DNA of 32,000 nt from Candidatus Saccharimonadota bacterium (GTDB lineage: Bacteria > Bacillota_I > Bacilli_A > Mycoplasmatales > Hepatoplasmataceae): the NCBI GenBank assembly GCA_027925225.1, contig AP027131.1, forward strand, positions 450,001 to 482,000, in the 5' to 3' direction. The position numbers and the translations under genes were made by a program. The notes below the pieces were generated by a model. That model did no database searches. It saw nothing but the letters and a program-made list of their open reading frames with translations, and was not told the DNA's origin. Shown here piece after piece: positions 1 through 11,611 of the stretch (the stretch's first letter is position 1; every line of letters starts with the position of its first letter).

Positions 1-1
1 T

Positions 2-271
2 ATTTTTGCTATCTCTGAAAAAGGAAGATTATTAAAAGCATTATCAGTTTTTAGACCTAATGCAAATATTATTGGGCTAACAACTAGCAAAAATTTAAGA
101 CATAAATTAAATCTTGAATATGGAATTAATGTTAAATTAATCAAAAACAAAAATATTTATGATAACAATGAAAAAATTAGTGCTATTGCAAAAGAAATTG
201 GTCTTGTAAAAAATACTAAAATAATTGTTGCAGATAAAAAAAATTACAGAGAAATGTTAGTAAAATATTAA
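2..271 (+). CDS. pyk: Pyruvate kinase, C-terminal fragment (5' end lies outside the window)
   Basis: The frame is open from the window edge to TAA at 269-271. The translation IFAISEKGRLLKALSVFRPNANIIGLTTSKNLRHKLNLEYGINVKL...IGLVKNTKIIVAD fits the C-terminal domain pattern of pyruvate kinases. A hairpin terminator follows. Confidence 0.75.
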   Translation: MFAISEKGRLLKALSVFRPNANIIGLTTSKNLRHKLNLEYGINVKLIKNKNIYDNNEKISAIAKEIGLVKNTKIIVADKKNYREMLVKY

Positions 272-304
272 TTTAAATTAAATAAAGAAATAATATAATA
301 AAAA

Positions 305-333
305 AAAGTCTTAATTTTAAAGACTTTTTTTTA
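305..333 (+). terminator. Rho-independent terminator after pyk
   Basis: Stem AAAGTCTT (305-312) pairs with AAGACTTT (320-327), followed by a T-run to 333. Confidence 0.7.
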
Positions 334-432
334 TCATATTATTTCTTATAAATCTTAATTTACTATAATGAATATATAACTTGTTAAAAATTGATAAGAA
401 AATTTAGATGAATAATAAATAATCACGGGGAA

Positions 433-1155
433 ATGATAATGAATTTTATTGATTGATTAAAAAAAATAGAAATAAAAGCAATTAATAAAAAATATAAAGA
501 AGGTTTAAAGAATTATGATTTTGATTCATTAATTAAAGATTATATTTCTAAAGATTTAGAAATAGAAAAAAATAAATTAGAAGAAACTATTAAAAAAATA
601 AATTTGAATAAAGAAATAGAAGATAAAAATATTTTAATTTTGAAAGACTGATTAATTGATTTATATGACATTTTATGTTTTTTTAGTGAAGAAAATATGA
701 AATTTAACAAAGTTTGAAAATATAAAATTCTTTATTTTATTTATGGAGGATTTATTTATTATCAAGAATATTTAAAAAAATATTTTGAAAAAAGGGGATT
801 TAAAAAAAGAAAAAATTTTAATTTTTTTATAAATGAAGAAAAAATAAAATGATTTGCTTTTGAAAAAGGCCCAATAACTAACCATTATAAATTTTTAGGA
901 AAGGATGAATCAATAAATATTAATATTGAAAAAAATGATATTGAAACAAAAGAAATTTTGGAAGATTTTTATTTAATTTTAAAAAAAAATTCTCTTGAAA
1001 CCCTTATAGAAGAAAGCCACAAAACAGATCCATGAGAAAAAGCTTTTAAAAAAAATGAAAAAGAAAGACCAAAATGGCAAGAAATTAAAGGAGAAGAAAT
1101 AATAAGTTATTTCAAAGAAAATATTCCTTTTTATTTAGAAAAACCAGATGAATAA
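433..1155 (+). CDS. Panacea (DUF4065, SocA/GepA-like) domain protein, putative PanA-type antitoxin, 240 aa
   Basis: The frame is continuous with 5 in-frame TGA codons read as Trp. Motifs KVWKYKILYFIYGGFIYYQ, KWFAFEKGPITNHYKFL and ESHKTDPWEKAF resemble the DUF4065 core (KLqKLLYf..g, W.yGPV...y, tHk..pW). The alternative start at ATG 439 has better spacing to GGGGA. A paralog lies at 25132-25788. Confidence 0.6.
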
Positions 1156-1570
1156 AATAAAAAAAATCAATCAAAAAAAAATAATTATTTGTTATATATT
1201 ATTTTTAGTATTATTTTTAGTATTTAGTTTTATAAATGGTAGTGAGTGGTTAGTATTTTGATGTTCGGGTGTTTTGCCAATTCCAATTTTTATTTATACC
1301 TATATAATTTCTAAAGAACAAAAACTTATACTAAAAAATATTCTTTTTAAAATTGATAAAGAATCAAAAAAAGATTTTAATGAAAAAATAAAACCAGCTA
1401 ATAAATTACCTAAAAAAAACACTAAAATTAATTTTATTAATAAAATTAAAATAAAAGAAAAGAAATCTGAAAAAATATATAAAATGAAATTGCAAAAACC
1501 TAAAGATAAAAATAATGTAAAAGAAATAATTAATTTAGAAAAAAATGAATTTAATCAAAAAAAAATATAA
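1148..1570 (+). CDS. Small two-TM membrane protein with a Lys-rich tail, 140 aa; candidate toxin partner of the Panacea gene
   Basis: Its ATG at 1148 overlaps the upstream stop (ATGAATAA). The N-terminus is basic, with two hydrophobic helices (IIICYILFLVLFLVFSF and VLPIPIFIYTYII), then ISKEQ and a Lys-rich tail. It is paralogous to 24762-25127, which shares FIYT...ISKEQ. Confidence 0.55.
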
Positions 1571-1581
1571 ATATTTGTATT

Positions 1582-2472
1582 TTAATTAATAATTTTATTT
1601 AATTTTCTCCCATAAAAAGCAAATGCTAATCCAGCAATAACTTGTGCTAATAAATAAAATGGAATTCAAATAGTATACATTATATCTCCATTAACTCCAG
1701 TTACACTGGACATAACATCATAAGCAACAGCAGAACCAATAATTGTTGCTGAATTTATTGAATTATTTGCAGTTCTTGCTCCTAAAACAACTGCTATTCA
1801 AACTCCACATCCTACAACAATTGGTCTTCAAAAATGTGTAACATTTTTAAATAAAAAAACTCCGCCTATATAAATAGTTGTATATAAAATTTCTAAAAAA
1901 AATGAAAATGTAACAAATAGACTTCCAAATTCCATATTTTTATAACTCTGTGTATAATACAATGCATTATTATAATCTATTTCTCCTCAGTTATATCTTG
2001 TTCAAGTAGGATAAGCAGAATTTAAGGTTGATGAATAATTTGCAGGATTATCATTTCCATTTCACAATCCCATTGAATCAGAAATTAAATAGGCAATAAA
2101 CCCTGCAGAAATTCCCCCTAAAATTTGAAATATAATTTTTAGTGATCCAGACTTTAAATTATCTTTTCCATAACCAATTCCAGCAATAGTAACAGAGGAA
2201 TTTAAATTAGCAGAAACAAACCTAAAAAAATAAGATGTAAAAATAATAACAAGAGCAACTCAAAATGCTTTCATAAATATTAAACTTCATATGTCTGATC
2301 AAACATTTCAAAAATCTTGGTTATTTTGATGTGCAACAGGTGTTGTAAAAGCCATTGCACTTGGAAGAATAATTAAAAGTACACGTATTAAAGTTCCTAA
2401 AAATTCTGAAATTAGAATAGCTCAAATATTTTTATTTCAACTTTTTTTGTGTGTTTTTTTGATTTTATTCAT
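1582..2472 (-). CDS. MIP/aquaporin-family channel paralog with both NPA boxes degenerate (NSS and NSA-T), 296 aa
   Basis: I checked the full frame codon by codon under code 4 and found no TAA or TAG. It is collinear with and similar to 2683-3603. The first box reads NLNSSVTIA (2194-2202) and the second reads SINSATIIG (1744-1755). Confidence 0.7.
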
Positions 2473-2644
2473 ATTTTTAAAAAGAACAAAACTTTAAATA
2501 AATTAGTAATAAAAAATATTATTGACTTTTTTTAATAAAATATTTATTTAATTTTTAAATGCACAAATATTATATTTATTATGTTTTAAAAAAATAAATT
2601 TTCGTTTTCTTAAGAATTAATTATTAATTTATTAAAATATAAAA

Positions 2645-2666
2645 AAATCTCTAATATTAGAGATTT
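2645..2666 (-). terminator. Hairpin terminator (bidirectional geometry) after the downstream MIP gene
   Basis: AAATCTCT (2645-2652) pairs with AGAGATTT (2659-2666), with an A-run on one side and a T-run on the other. Confidence 0.6.
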
Positions 2667-2682
2667 TTTTATATTTATTTTC

Positions 2683-3603
2683 TTAACTTATCATTGGCGC
2701 TAATTTATTATTAACTATTTTCTTATTAATTTGTTTTCTTCCATAAAATGCAAAACTAAGTCCAGCAATAATTTGAGCTATTAAATAGAATGGAATTCAA
2801 ATTGTGTACATTACATCTCCGTTAACTCCAGTTACACTAGACATAACATCATGAGCAATAGCAGGTCCCATCATTCTTGCAGGGTTAATTGAAATGTTTG
2901 CACTTCTTATTCCTAAAGTAACTGCTAATCAAACTCCAACACCTACAACAATTGGTCTTCAAAAATGTGTAACATTTTTGAATAAAAATACTCCCCCTAT
3001 TAAAATACCAGTATATAAAATTTCTAGAAAAAATGAAACTGTTACAAATAGTCCGCCTAAATCCATTTCATCATAACTTTTTGTAGCATATAAAGCAGTA
3101 TTATAATCAATATCTCCTCAATTATAACTTGTTCAAACCGGATAAACTGCATCTAATGATGTCTGATAACTTGCTGCATTATCAGCTGAATTTCATAATC
3201 CCATTGAATCAGAAATTAGATAAGCAAAAAAACCAGCGGAAATTCCACCTAAAATTTGAGCCCCAATTTTAAGAGACCCAATTTTTAAAGTATCATTTCC
3301 ATAACCAATTTCAGCAATAGTAACAGCCGGATTTAAGTTAACAGAAATAAATCTTAAAAGATAAACTATAAAAACAACAAATAATGCTGCTCAAAGAGCT
3401 TTCATAAACATTAAGCTTCATATATTTGATCAAGCAATTCAAAAATCTTGATTATTTTGATGTGCGGCAGGCGTTGTAAAAGCCATTGTACTTGGAAGAA
3501 TAATTCAAAGAGTAAGAGCAATAGTACCTAAAAATTCTGAAACCAAAATGGCTGAAATACTTTTATTTCAACCTTTTTTTTCTACTTTTTTAATTTCTTT
3601 CAT
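2683..3603 (-). CDS. MIP-family channel (glycerol facilitator/aquaporin type) with canonical NPA boxes, 306 aa
   Basis: I checked the full frame under code 4. The motifs are SEFLGT near the N-terminus, NLNPAVTIA (NPA at 3325-3333) and SINPARMMGPA (NPAR at 2875-2886). Confidence 0.8.
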
Positions 3604-3656
3604 AGTTTTTTACCATAAATATTTTTTAAAAATTTGAATAATTTATTAATAAAAAA

Positions 3657-4670
3657 CTATTTAAATAAATTATTTACTAATTCTTTACCACTTAAAGCAT
3701 TATTTAAATTTTCAAATGAAACTTCTATTGTATTTTTTAATGCTTCAAATGTTACAGCACCAACATGTGGTGTTACTAAAAATCTAGGATAAAGATTACC
3801 AACTTCTTTTAAAATTGAAGGAATATTATTTTTATCATATTTTTTAAAAAATAATTCTTCCTCTCCTTCAATTACATCAGTACCATAAGTAGCTTTAGGA
3901 TTTGCTTTTAAAAATGTAATCATATCTTTTGTATCAGTTAATGCTCCACGCCCGGCGTTTATAATTACAACATCATCTTTTACTTTATCTAAATTTGCCT
4001 TACTGATAATATGTTTTGTTGAATCCATTAATGGACAGTGTACTGAAATAATGTCTGATTCTTTTAATAATTTATCTAATGAAACATATTCAATTAAATT
4101 TTTATAATTTTCATTTGGATAAGGATCATAACCAATTATTTTTGCACCAAGACCTTTATAAAGTTCAGCAGTAACATATCCTATTTTTCCTGTACCTAAA
4201 ATTCCAACAACACTTTTTCTAACTTCTTTTGAAAGCATTATATCTGTAATAGTATAATCTCCATCTTTTGCTCTATCTGCAGTATATTGAACTTTTCTTA
4301 ATAATGTCATTCCTAACGCAACTGATAACTCAGCAATAGCATTTGGTGAATAAACAGGAACTCTTTGTAAAGAATAAAAACCTAATTCTTGCGCTGCTTT
4401 AATGTTAATATGATCAAAACCAGCTGTTCTTGTTAATAAATATTTAACACCCATTTCTTTTAAAACTTTAAGATGTTCTTCTTTTAGAAAAACATTTTCT
4501 CTAACCATGATAGCATCACAGCCTTTTGCTAATTTTAAATTATTTTCATCTATTTTAAAACTATCTACAAAAACAAGTTCATAACCATAAGGTTTATTTA
4601 ATTTATTAAAATATTCTCTTTCATTTTCTCTAACACCATAACAGATGATTTTAGCTTTTTTTATATTCAT
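3657..4670 (-). CDS. ldhA: D-lactate dehydrogenase / D-isomer-specific 2-hydroxyacid dehydrogenase, 337 aa
   Basis: The ORF is intact in the track. The motifs are RVPVYSPNAIAE, GILGTGKIGY (NAD-binding fold), IINAGRG and TPHVGAVT. An AAGAGG Shine-Dalgarno sequence lies upstream of the ATG. Confidence 0.8.
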   Translation of the reverse strand: MNIKKAKIICYGVRENEREYFNKLNKPYGYELVFVDSFKIDENNLKLAKGCDAIMVRENVFLKEEHLKVLKEMGVKYLLTRTAGFDHINIKAAQELGFYSLQRVPVYSPNAIAELSVALGMTLLRKVQYTADRAKDGDYTITDIMLSKEVRKSVVGILGTGKIGYVTAELYKGLGAKIIGYDPYPNENYKNLIEYVSLDKLLKESDIISVHCPLMDSTKHIISKANLDKVKDDVVIINAGRGALTDTKDMITFLKANPKATYGTDVIEGEEELFFKKYDKNNIPSILKEVGNLYPRFLVTPHVGAVTFEALKNTIEVSFENLNNALSGKELVNNLFK

Positions 4671-4689
4671 TTTATATACCTCTTTCTAT

Positions 4690-6222
4690 TTATTTTTTAA
4701 CAACAACTGAATCTTCAGTCATTTCACTTGGTTTTTTTATCTCTAAAATATCTAACATAGTTGGAGCTAAATTACTTAATTTAGCTATTACTTCTTTTTT
4801 ATATTCTTTTTTAAAATCAAAATCTTTTGAAACAAGATAAAATCTAACTTTATTTGTGGTATGAGCAGTATTTGGACTACCATCATAATTTAACATCTTT
4901 TCACAATTACCATGATCAGCAATTACAATCATAATTCCATCTAATTCTTTAACAATTAAATCATATAATCTTTCAAGCATTTGATCAACTGTTTCTACTG
5001 CTCTTATACCAGCTGATAAAACTCCAGTATGGCCCACCATATCAGGATTTGCATAATTAATAATTGAAACCTTGTTTTTTGGGATTTCATTTAATAATTT
5101 ATCAGTAAGTTCAATTGCTGACATTTCTGGTTTTAGATCATAAGTCGCTACTTTTGGAGAAGGAACAAGAATTTTTATTTCATTTTTTCTATCAAGTAAT
5201 TTTCCACCATCCATAAAAAATGTAACATGAGGATATTTTTCTGTTTCTGCTGCTCTAATTTGACTTATATTATTTTTTTCTAAAACATCACCTAAAGTAT
5301 TTTTTATTTCTTTTGTTTCAAATAGAACATTCGAATTTATGTTTACCATTTCTTTTAGAGAAACTAAAAAAATATTTTTTAGTTTATTTTTATTTTCATA
5401 ATCATATCCTGAAGATTTATCGTTTAAGAACATATATGAAATTTCACGTATTCTATCAGACCTAAAATTAAAAATTAAAATTACATCTCCATCTTTAATT
5501 TGTCCTTTAATTTCCTCATTAAATCCAGGAACAATAAATTCATCAGTTACATTATTTTGATAACTTTCTTCAATAAATTTTACCGGATCAGAAAAGCTTT
5601 TTCCTTTTCTATTAACAATTACATCATAAGCTAACTGAATTCTTTCTCATCTTCTATCTCTATCCATTGCATAATATCTACCAGAAATAGAAGCAACATT
5701 AATTTTTTCAACATTTATTGCTTTTTTAATAAGATCTAATGCAGATTTTGGATCTGTATCTCTCCCATCAGTAAAAGCATGTAAAAAGAAATTAATATTT
5801 TCTTCATCAAGTTTATTCTTTAAATCATAAAAATGATCTAAACTTGAATGAACTCCACCCTCAGAAAAAAGTCCTAATAAATGTAAATTAGAATTATTTT
5901 TTCTTAAATGCTTAATTGCATTTTTAAAAACTTCATTTTTAAAGAATTTTTTATCATTTAGTTTTTCTTTAATTTCTAAAATTGATTGTTTAACAATTCT
6001 TCCTGAACCAATATTTAAATGACCAACTTCAGAATTACCCATTTGCCCTTTTGGTAATCCAACTCATTCTTCACTAGCATTCATTAATATTGAAGGATAA
6101 TTTTTTTTAAGAAAATTTAAGAATGGGGTGTTTGCTAATTTTAATGCATTACCATAAATTTCTTTTCTTTCACCAGCACCATCCATTATTATTAAGGATA
6201 AATGTTTTAAATCTTTATTCAT
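4690..6222 (-). CDS. gpmI: 2,3-bisphosphoglycerate-independent phosphoglycerate mutase, 510 aa
   Basis: Track fragments 4690-5433 and 5647-6042 join in one frame through TGA codons. The N-terminus reads LIIMDGAGER...LPKGQMGNSEVGHLNIGSGRIV, and ADHGN lies in the C-terminal half. Confidence 0.9.
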
Positions 6223-6979
6223 TTTTTAAAATCGAAATAAATTTATGAGATTCTAATGCTACTCCACCTATTAATAATCCATCTATTAAATTACTATTTA
6301 AGAAAAGCTTGTAATTTACTTCATTTACTGAACCACCATAAATTAATTTTGAAATATTCACATCCTTTCCTTTAAATTTTGATTTTAATATTTCTTTTAT
6401 TATTAAAAAAATCTCTTCTATTTCTTTAATAGTTGGTATTTTCCCTGTACCGATTGATCAAATTGGTTCATAAGCAAAGATAAATCTTTCTAAATCTTCA
6501 AAAGTAATTTCGCTTATTAATTTTTCTAAAAATTCTTTTATGATATTTTCTAAATTACCTTTTTTTCTTTGTTCTAATGTTTCGCCGAAAATAAATACTA
6601 TTTTTGCATTAGAATTTTTAAGTGCATAAAGTGCTTTTTCTATAGCGAATTGATTATTTTCATTAAAGAAAAGGCGTCTTTCTGAATGACCAACAAGTAA
6701 ATAATCTAATGTATTATCTTCAAACATTTTAATGCTTATTTCACCAGTAAAAGCACCTTTATCTTTTGGATAAAAATTTTGAATACCAATTTTTACTCAA
6801 TTATTAATGTTATTTTTTTTAAGATATTTTTTTATAGAAATTATTAAAGGAGCAGGGGGAATTATTGCAAATTCATGAACAAAGTGATTGTTATTTTTTT
6901 TAATTTCATCAAAAAATGTATATGAATCACTTTCGTTCATATTCATTTTTCAGTTTCCTATTATTAATTTTTTATTCAT
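6215..6979 (-). CDS. tpiA: Triosephosphate isomerase, 254 aa
   Basis: The sequence runs MNKKLIIGNWKMN...VGHSERR...YEPIWSIGTG...LIGGVALE. I checked the frame under code 4. Its stop overlaps the gpmI start by 8 nt. Confidence 0.9.
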
Positions 6980-6980
6980 A

Positions 6981-8186
6981 TTAGATATCCTCAATGAGTT
7001 CTAATGAAGGCATTTCTTTATTTTCTAAAAATTTTAAAGAAGCTCCTCCACCTGTTGAAATGTAGCTTACTCTTTTTTCAAGTCCTAATTTTTTAGTCAT
7101 TAAACCCGAATCTCCACCACCAATTACTGTAAAAACATTTTTTAAATTTACAATACTATTTAAAATTTCCTTTGAACCATTTGAATATTTATCATTTTCG
7201 ATAATTCCTAAAGGTCCATTTCAAAAAATTGTTCGAGCATTTTTTAGAGAATCTTGAATTAACTTAATTGATTTTTCACCAAGATCAACACCCATATAAT
7301 CATCTGGTATTTCTTCGTATGATTTCAATTCTTGATTTTTATCATCATTTATTTCTTTTACTGCAATAGAATCAAAAGCAACTATTATTTTTTCACTGTT
7401 ATTTTTTAAAATATTTTTTGCATATTCTATTTTTGATTCATCAATTAAAGATTTTCCAACTAAATGATTAGTTGCAAGTCTAAATGTATAAGACATCGCA
7501 GGTCCAATAATAACTTTATCAGCTATTTTTAACATTGAATCAATAACACCAACTTTATCTGATATTTTTGCTCCGCCCAAAATTACAACAAAAGGTCTTT
7601 CTGGGTTCATTTTAATTTTTTCAAGTACTTCTAATTCTTTTTTAACTAAGAAACCTATTACTTTTTCTTTTATGTTTATTGAAATTCCATAATTTGAAGC
7701 ATGTTTTCTATGTAAAGTTCCAAATGCATCATTAACAAATACATCTCCTAATGAAGCTCAATATTTGCTTAATTCTCCATCACAACTTGATTCATATTTT
7801 GTTACTTTTTCATTTATAAAATCTTCAAATCTTGTATTTTCAACTAAAAGAACATCACCTTTTTTTAAAGAATTTATTTTATTTTCTAATTCTTTACCTC
7901 TGGTTTTTTTTACAAAAATAACATTTTTATTTAAAAGTTTACTTAATTCTTCACCAACAATTTTTAGTGATTTTTTTTCTTTATCACTTTCACTCTTTAT
8001 TCTTCCAAGATGTGAAAAAATAATAATTTTTCCACCTTTTTCAATAAGATAGTTTAATGTTGGTAGTGATTGAATAATACGATTATTATCAACAATCTTT
8101 TTATTATCTATAGGAACATTTAAATCTAATCTAACTAAAATTTTTTTATTTTCTATATCTTTTAGATTTGTAATTGTTTTTTTCAT
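6981..8186 (-). CDS. pgk: Phosphoglycerate kinase, 401 aa
   Basis: The track fragments join through TGA. The motifs are VRLDLNVP, NDAFGTLHR, VILGGAKISDK, FWNGPLG and STGGGASL. Confidence 0.9.
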
Positions 8187-8196
8187 TTTTTAATTT

Positions 8197-9186
<990 letters not shown>

Positions 9187-9230
9187 TTTTCTAAAATTAC
9201 CATACCTTTTCTTTTTTTAAAAATCAACTA

Positions 9231-9264
9231 ATATGAATGTTTGAATTTAAAAAAACACTCATAT
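9231..9264. promoter_or_regulatory. Inverted repeat upstream of the gap operon, candidate operator
   Basis: ATATGAATGTTT (9231-9242) and AAACACTCATAT (9253-9264) are reverse complements at 11 of 12 positions, separated by 10 bp. The repeat lies 45-78 nt upstream of the gap ATG. Confidence 0.25.
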
Positions 9265-9306
9265 TAATAATATAATATTTAAAGGCTTAAATTTTAAAAA
9301 ATTGAT

Positions 9307-9339
9307 AAAAAATGAGACATAATTTGTCTCATTTTTTTT
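9307..9339 (-). terminator. Rho-independent terminator after the PTS EIICB gene (bidirectional geometry)
   Basis: AATGAGACA (9311-9319) pairs perfectly with TGTCTCATT (9325-9333) around a 5-nt loop, flanked by A and T runs. Confidence 0.75.
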
Positions 9340-9357
9340 AATCATTAAAATGTGATT

Positions 9358-11577
9358 TTATTTATAAAGTTCTTTTTTTATATCATTAAGTTCTGATCTA
9401 TAAATATCTGCTTCTCCACCAAAAACAATATGAACATTAAAACCTCTTTTAATTATTCCTGAAGGTTTTAATTCATTTTTTATTTTTTCTTCATCAATTA
9501 TATCTAAATCTACGACAACAAGTCTAAGTTTTGTAATACAAGATGTAATACTTTTTAAATTTTCAAATCCTCCAAGATAAATTATAATTTTACGAACCTT
9601 TTCTCTTCTGCCCTCTGGTAAAGCATTAAATTTAATACTTAAATCTAATTGGGCATTTATCTCTTCTGGTGTTTTGAATCCCTCTTTAGTATTTAAAGCA
9701 AATTCAGTTGCTACAGCTCCACCATCAGAGGAACCAACTCCTGATTTAGCGGCTTTATATTCGGCTTTACTTACTAAATGAATATCTTCTCCCTCAGATG
9801 TTCTACCTGGTGTTTTAACATCAAATCTTTTTATATATCAATAGAATAAGAAGTAATAAATTGGCATTAAAACTACTCCAAATGCTACAAGTCATCATCA
9901 TCCTACACCTGATATACCTGTTGCTCATGGTAATATTCCATATAAAGAAAGATCTATAATTCCCCCTGAGAATGTCATTCCAACAGATGCTTGCATCGCA
10001 TCAGCAAATCAGAATGAGAATCCACATAAGAAAACATGGAAAACATAAAGCATTGGAGCAATAAATAAGAATGTAAATTCTAGAGGTTCAGTAACTCCTG
10101 TTAAGAAAGTTGTAAGCATTGCTGCTCCTATTATTGAAAATGCTACTTCTCTATTTTCTTTTTTTGCAGCCATAATCATTGCAAAACCAGCAGCAGGAAG
10201 ACCAAAAATCATAAATGAATATTTTCCTTGCATATATTCACCAGGATTTGTACCTGATGTCATTACAAAGTAATAACCTTGATCCGAAGGACCAAAACCA
10301 CTATCCATTGACCCAGTACCTAAAGCTGAAGGGTCATAAATTACTCAACCTTGATCATATCAATTACTTCAACTACCCTGTGTTAAACCAGAATTGGCAG
10401 CAAATTGACTTGAAAAGTCATATCAATAATTATCAGAAAGAAGAGAATTAAAATCCAATGTATAATTATTAATTGCAAATCAAATACTTTCTGAACCAAA
10501 TGCACTAGTAACAACATTTCCTTGTTGATCTAATACAAAAAATGAACCACCTGCTGATGTAAATCATAATGGTGTATAAAAAGCATGATGAAGACCAAAT
10601 GGAACTAATGCTCTTTCGACAACACCAAAAACAAAAGCATCTGTACCATAAGGCATATCTCCAAGAGCTTTACCAAGACTTTCTAAACCTTTTCCAAGTG
10701 GAGGTCAAGTGAAAAGAAAGAAAAATGAAATTATTGGTATAAATAAAAATGTAATTATAGGAACTGATTTTGTTCCACTAAAAAAACCAATTGATTTTGG
10801 TAATTGTAATTTATAAAATTTATTATAAATTCATGCAACAAAAAGTCCAACAACAATACCACCAAAAACTGATGTTTGCATTGATTGAATACCACAACTA
10901 GTTGTAACAACTGAAGTAGGAACAGTATCATAAAATAAAATATTATAATAATTACCATATGATATTGTATTACCTGTTAAATCACCTACAAATTGAAAAA
11001 AACTATCTAAATCAGTTTGAGTAAGTGAAATTGTTTCCCCAGTTGTTGTATTTGTTACAACAACTCAAGAATTTACTTCATTAATATCAATATATCCATT
11101 ACCATCTAAATCAAGAAGTTTTAAATCATCAATACTATTTATATCTGTAACAGTACTAAAATTTAAACCTTGTGCAGGCATATACTCTGATATATATTGA
11201 CTTCAATCTGTTTGATTTATAACATCAAAATTTGAAGAACTAATTAACATCCCGCTTTGATCTCAAATAAATACATCTTGAACAACACAAAAAACTATCC
11301 AACCTATAAAAGCAGAAAATGCCGCCACCCCAGCATCCTCAGTGAATGCAATTGCCAATGCAATTGCAAATAAAACTGCAAGATTTGAAAATACAATATT
11401 TCCAATCTCTGTCATTAAATCAGGGATTATATATCATGGACTTGATGCATCAACACCAACAGTATTCATTATATTAGAAATCCCTGAACCAACTCCTAAA
11501 AATAACCCAGCAATTGGAAGAAGAGCTATGGGTAGCATTAAACCTTTTGAAAGTTTAGATATCGCTCCCCCCCCCAC
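9358..11577 (-). CDS. ptsG: PTS glucose/N-acetylglucosamine-family EIICB permease with large loop insertions and no EIIA domain, about 739 aa
   Basis: I verified the frame as open from 9361 to 11589 under code 4. The motifs are LSKGLMLPIALLPIAG, GVTEPLEFTFLFIAPMLY and a C-terminal EIIB with SCITKLRLVVVD. The called start is GTG 11577, 8 nt after AGGAAA. Alternatives are ATG 11538, or ATG 11608 if the poly-G tract changes length. Confidence 0.8.
11567..11575. repeat. Homopolymeric C9 (G9 on the coding strand) tract at the 5' end of ptsG
   Basis: The run was counted directly: atcgct ccccccccc actac. It stands out as a long G/C run in this very AT-rich window. Confidence 0.95.
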
Positions 11578-11611
11578 TACTATTGTTTCCTAATCTTTTA
11601 TTTTTCATAAC

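Noticed and set aside
364-369. A TATAAT hexamer upstream of the first Panacea-like gene, as a possible promoter -10 box.
   Set aside because: There is no acceptable -35 element at 16-18 nt spacing, and TATAAT occurs frequently by chance in this composition.
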